From an uncultured Pseudomonadota bacterium (GTDB lineage Bacteria > Pseudomonadota > Alphaproteobacteria > Rhizobiales > Xanthobacteraceae), in contig CAVUWO010000003.1 of the NCBI GenBank assembly GCA_963745155.1, positions 114,366-178,365 of the forward strand: a stretch of 64,000 nucleotides of DNA. The letters run 5' to 3'. The position numbers and the translations under genes are program-made. The first letter of the stretch is position 1. Every line of letters begins with the position of its first letter. This document shows, piece by piece, positions 62,739 through 64,000 of the stretch. Below the pieces are notes generated by a model. The model did no database searches and was not told where the DNA came from. It saw only the letters and a program-made list of their open reading frames with translations.

Positions 62739-64000
62739 GCGCTCATCGATCGCCGGAGCAACGAAGCTTGATCCTGGCGCCGCGCGGGCGCGACGCCGTC
62801 GTCGCCAGCGGCATTTTGCGCGAGGCCCGCATCCGTGCCGACGTCTGTGCCGACTTCTTCGCGCTGATGGATGAGATAGAACACGGCGCCGACGTCGTGA
62901 TCGTGACCGAAGAAGCGTTCAGCGGGATCGACACGCGCCGGCTGGTGAGTTGGGTTTCGTCGCAGCCGCCATGGTCGGACTTTCCCTTCGTCGTATTGAC
63001 CCGGCATGGCGGCGGCTTGGAGCGAAATCCGACCGCGGCGCTCATGACCGAGATTTTGGGCAACGTCACGTTTCTCGAGCGGCCGTTTCATCCGACCACC
63101 CTCGTCAGCGTGGTCGAGGCCGGGCTGCGCGGCCGCCGCCGGCAGTATGACGTTCGCCGCCTCAATGTCGAACTGGAAACGCGGGTCGAGGAGCGCACCG
63201 CCGAACTCGCGGCCGCCAACCGCCAGCTGTTGGCCCAGATCGAGGAACGCGAGCGGGTCGAAAGCACCTTGGGTCGCATGCAGCGGCTCGACGCCGTCGG
63301 TCAGCTGACGTCGGGTGTCGCGCACGATTTCAATAATCTTCTGACCGTCATTCTCGGCAATATAGGTTTCCTCGAAAGGGGCGTCGCCAAGGCTCAGATC
63401 GACGGCGGCTTGTCGCGTCGCCTTGGCTATATGCGTGCCGCCGCCGAGCGCGGCGCCCGGCTGACGGACCAGCTGCTGTCGTTTTCGCGCCGCCGACGCC
63501 TGGAGCCGAAGCCGGTCGATCTCAACGATACCGTCCTGGCGATGCGCGATCTGCTGCAGAGCACGATCGGCGGCAGTGTGCGCATCGAGACGCGACTGTC
63601 ACAATCGCTCGGACTGGCGCTGGTCGACCCGACCCAGCTCGAGCTTGCGGTTCTCAATCTCGCAATCAACGCGCGCGACGCCATGGAGATCGGCGGGACA
63701 CTCACGGTCGCGACGGAGAATGTGAGGCTCGAGGCACCGGCAGGTCCCGAGGAGCCGCCGCCGGGCCGCTATGTCGAGATTTGCGTATCGGACACCGGGT
63801 CCGGCATGACCGCCGACGTCCTGGCCAAAGTGTTCGAACCATTCTTCACGACCAAGGAAGTGGGCAAGGGCTCGGGCCTCGGCCTCAGCCAGGTTCTCGG
63901 CTTCGCCAAACAATCGGGCGGCGGCGTCCGCATCCGGTCGGAGCCCGGCTGCGGTACCTCGGCGTGCATTTATCTGCCCTACGCGGAAGGGGACGCCGCG
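62735..64000 (+). CDS. histidine kinase with an N-terminal pseudo-receiver domain (partial; runs off the window end)
   Basis: GTG 62735 overlaps the kaiC stop (GTGA). The REC-like fold lacks the acidic pocket (LILAPRGRDA; VVIVTEEAF). A coiled linker follows, then the H-box GQLTSGVAHDFNNLL, the N-box LNLAINARDA, and G-boxes DTGSGM/GSGLGLS. The frame stays open to the window end, so it is not in the ORF track. Confidence 0.8.
   Translation, partial: MSAHRSPEQRSLILAPRGRDAVVASGILREARIRADVCADFFALMDEIEHGADVVIVTEEAFSGIDTRRLVSWVSSQPPWSDFPFVVLTRHGGGLERNPTAALMTEILGNVTFLERPFHPTTLVSVVEAGLRGRRRQYDVRRLNVELETRVEERTAELAAANRQLLAQIEERERVESTLGRMQRLDAVGQLTSGVAHDFNNLLTVILGNIGFLERGVAKAQIDGGLSRRLGYMRAAAERGARLTDQLLSFSRRRRLEPKPVDLNDTVLAMRDLLQSTIGGSVRIETRLSQSLGLALVDPTQLELAVLNLAINARDAMEIGGTLTVATENVRLEAPAGPEEPPPGRYVEICVSDTGSGMTADVLAKVFEPFFTTKEVGKGSGLGLSQVLGFAKQSGGGVRIRSEPGCGTSACIYLPYAEGDAA

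Overview
High-GC (roughly 65% by eye) alphaproteobacterial chromosome segment. It looks most like Bradyrhizobiaceae, based on three copies of the palindromic element 'cctcgtcattgcgag...gaagcaatcc...ctcgcaatgacg', the AapJQMP and DctA transporters, and a KaiC-histidine kinase pair. I cannot confirm this taxonomy without a database search. In order, the window holds: a Liv-type ABC transporter operon; an M24 peptidase and a GMC oxidoreductase; a HigBA-like toxin-antitoxin pair next to tRNA-Glu; housekeeping genes (gloA, cobB, a cold-shock-domain protein, tRNA-Pro, msrA, an MFS transporter, dctA, a deaminase, a class III cyclase); a ~5 kb degraded integrative island at tRNA-Arg(TCT), bounded by an 18-bp direct repeat and carrying an intact IS21 (istAB) that truncates the integrase; an alpha-2-macroglobulin/pbpC pair; metC; aapJQMP; a dense signalling region (REC-GGDEF-EAL, a PilZ-like protein, a CheY-like regulator, an alpha-oxoamine-synthase-family enzyme and two tandem paralogous membrane histidine kinases); envelope-stress genes (a Spy/CpxP-like protein and DegP); sulfur metabolism genes (sseA and a cysK-like gene); a GGDEF protein; a REC-Hpt protein; and KaiC translationally coupled to a pseudo-receiver histidine kinase. 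The most interesting candidate is the regulator / alpha-oxoamine synthase / two-kinase locus at 46.3-51.0 kb. It may be a small-molecule signalling system loosely analogous to CqsA/CqsS or LqsA/LqsS, but this is inference from gene context only. One caveat applies to the whole window: about 25 single-base frame changes interrupt about 21 otherwise well-conserved genes, several of them at short G/C homopolymers. This looks more like sequencing or assembly indel error than true gene decay. I list those genes as pseudogenes because that is what the sequence shows. I found no rRNA genes and no CRISPR array.
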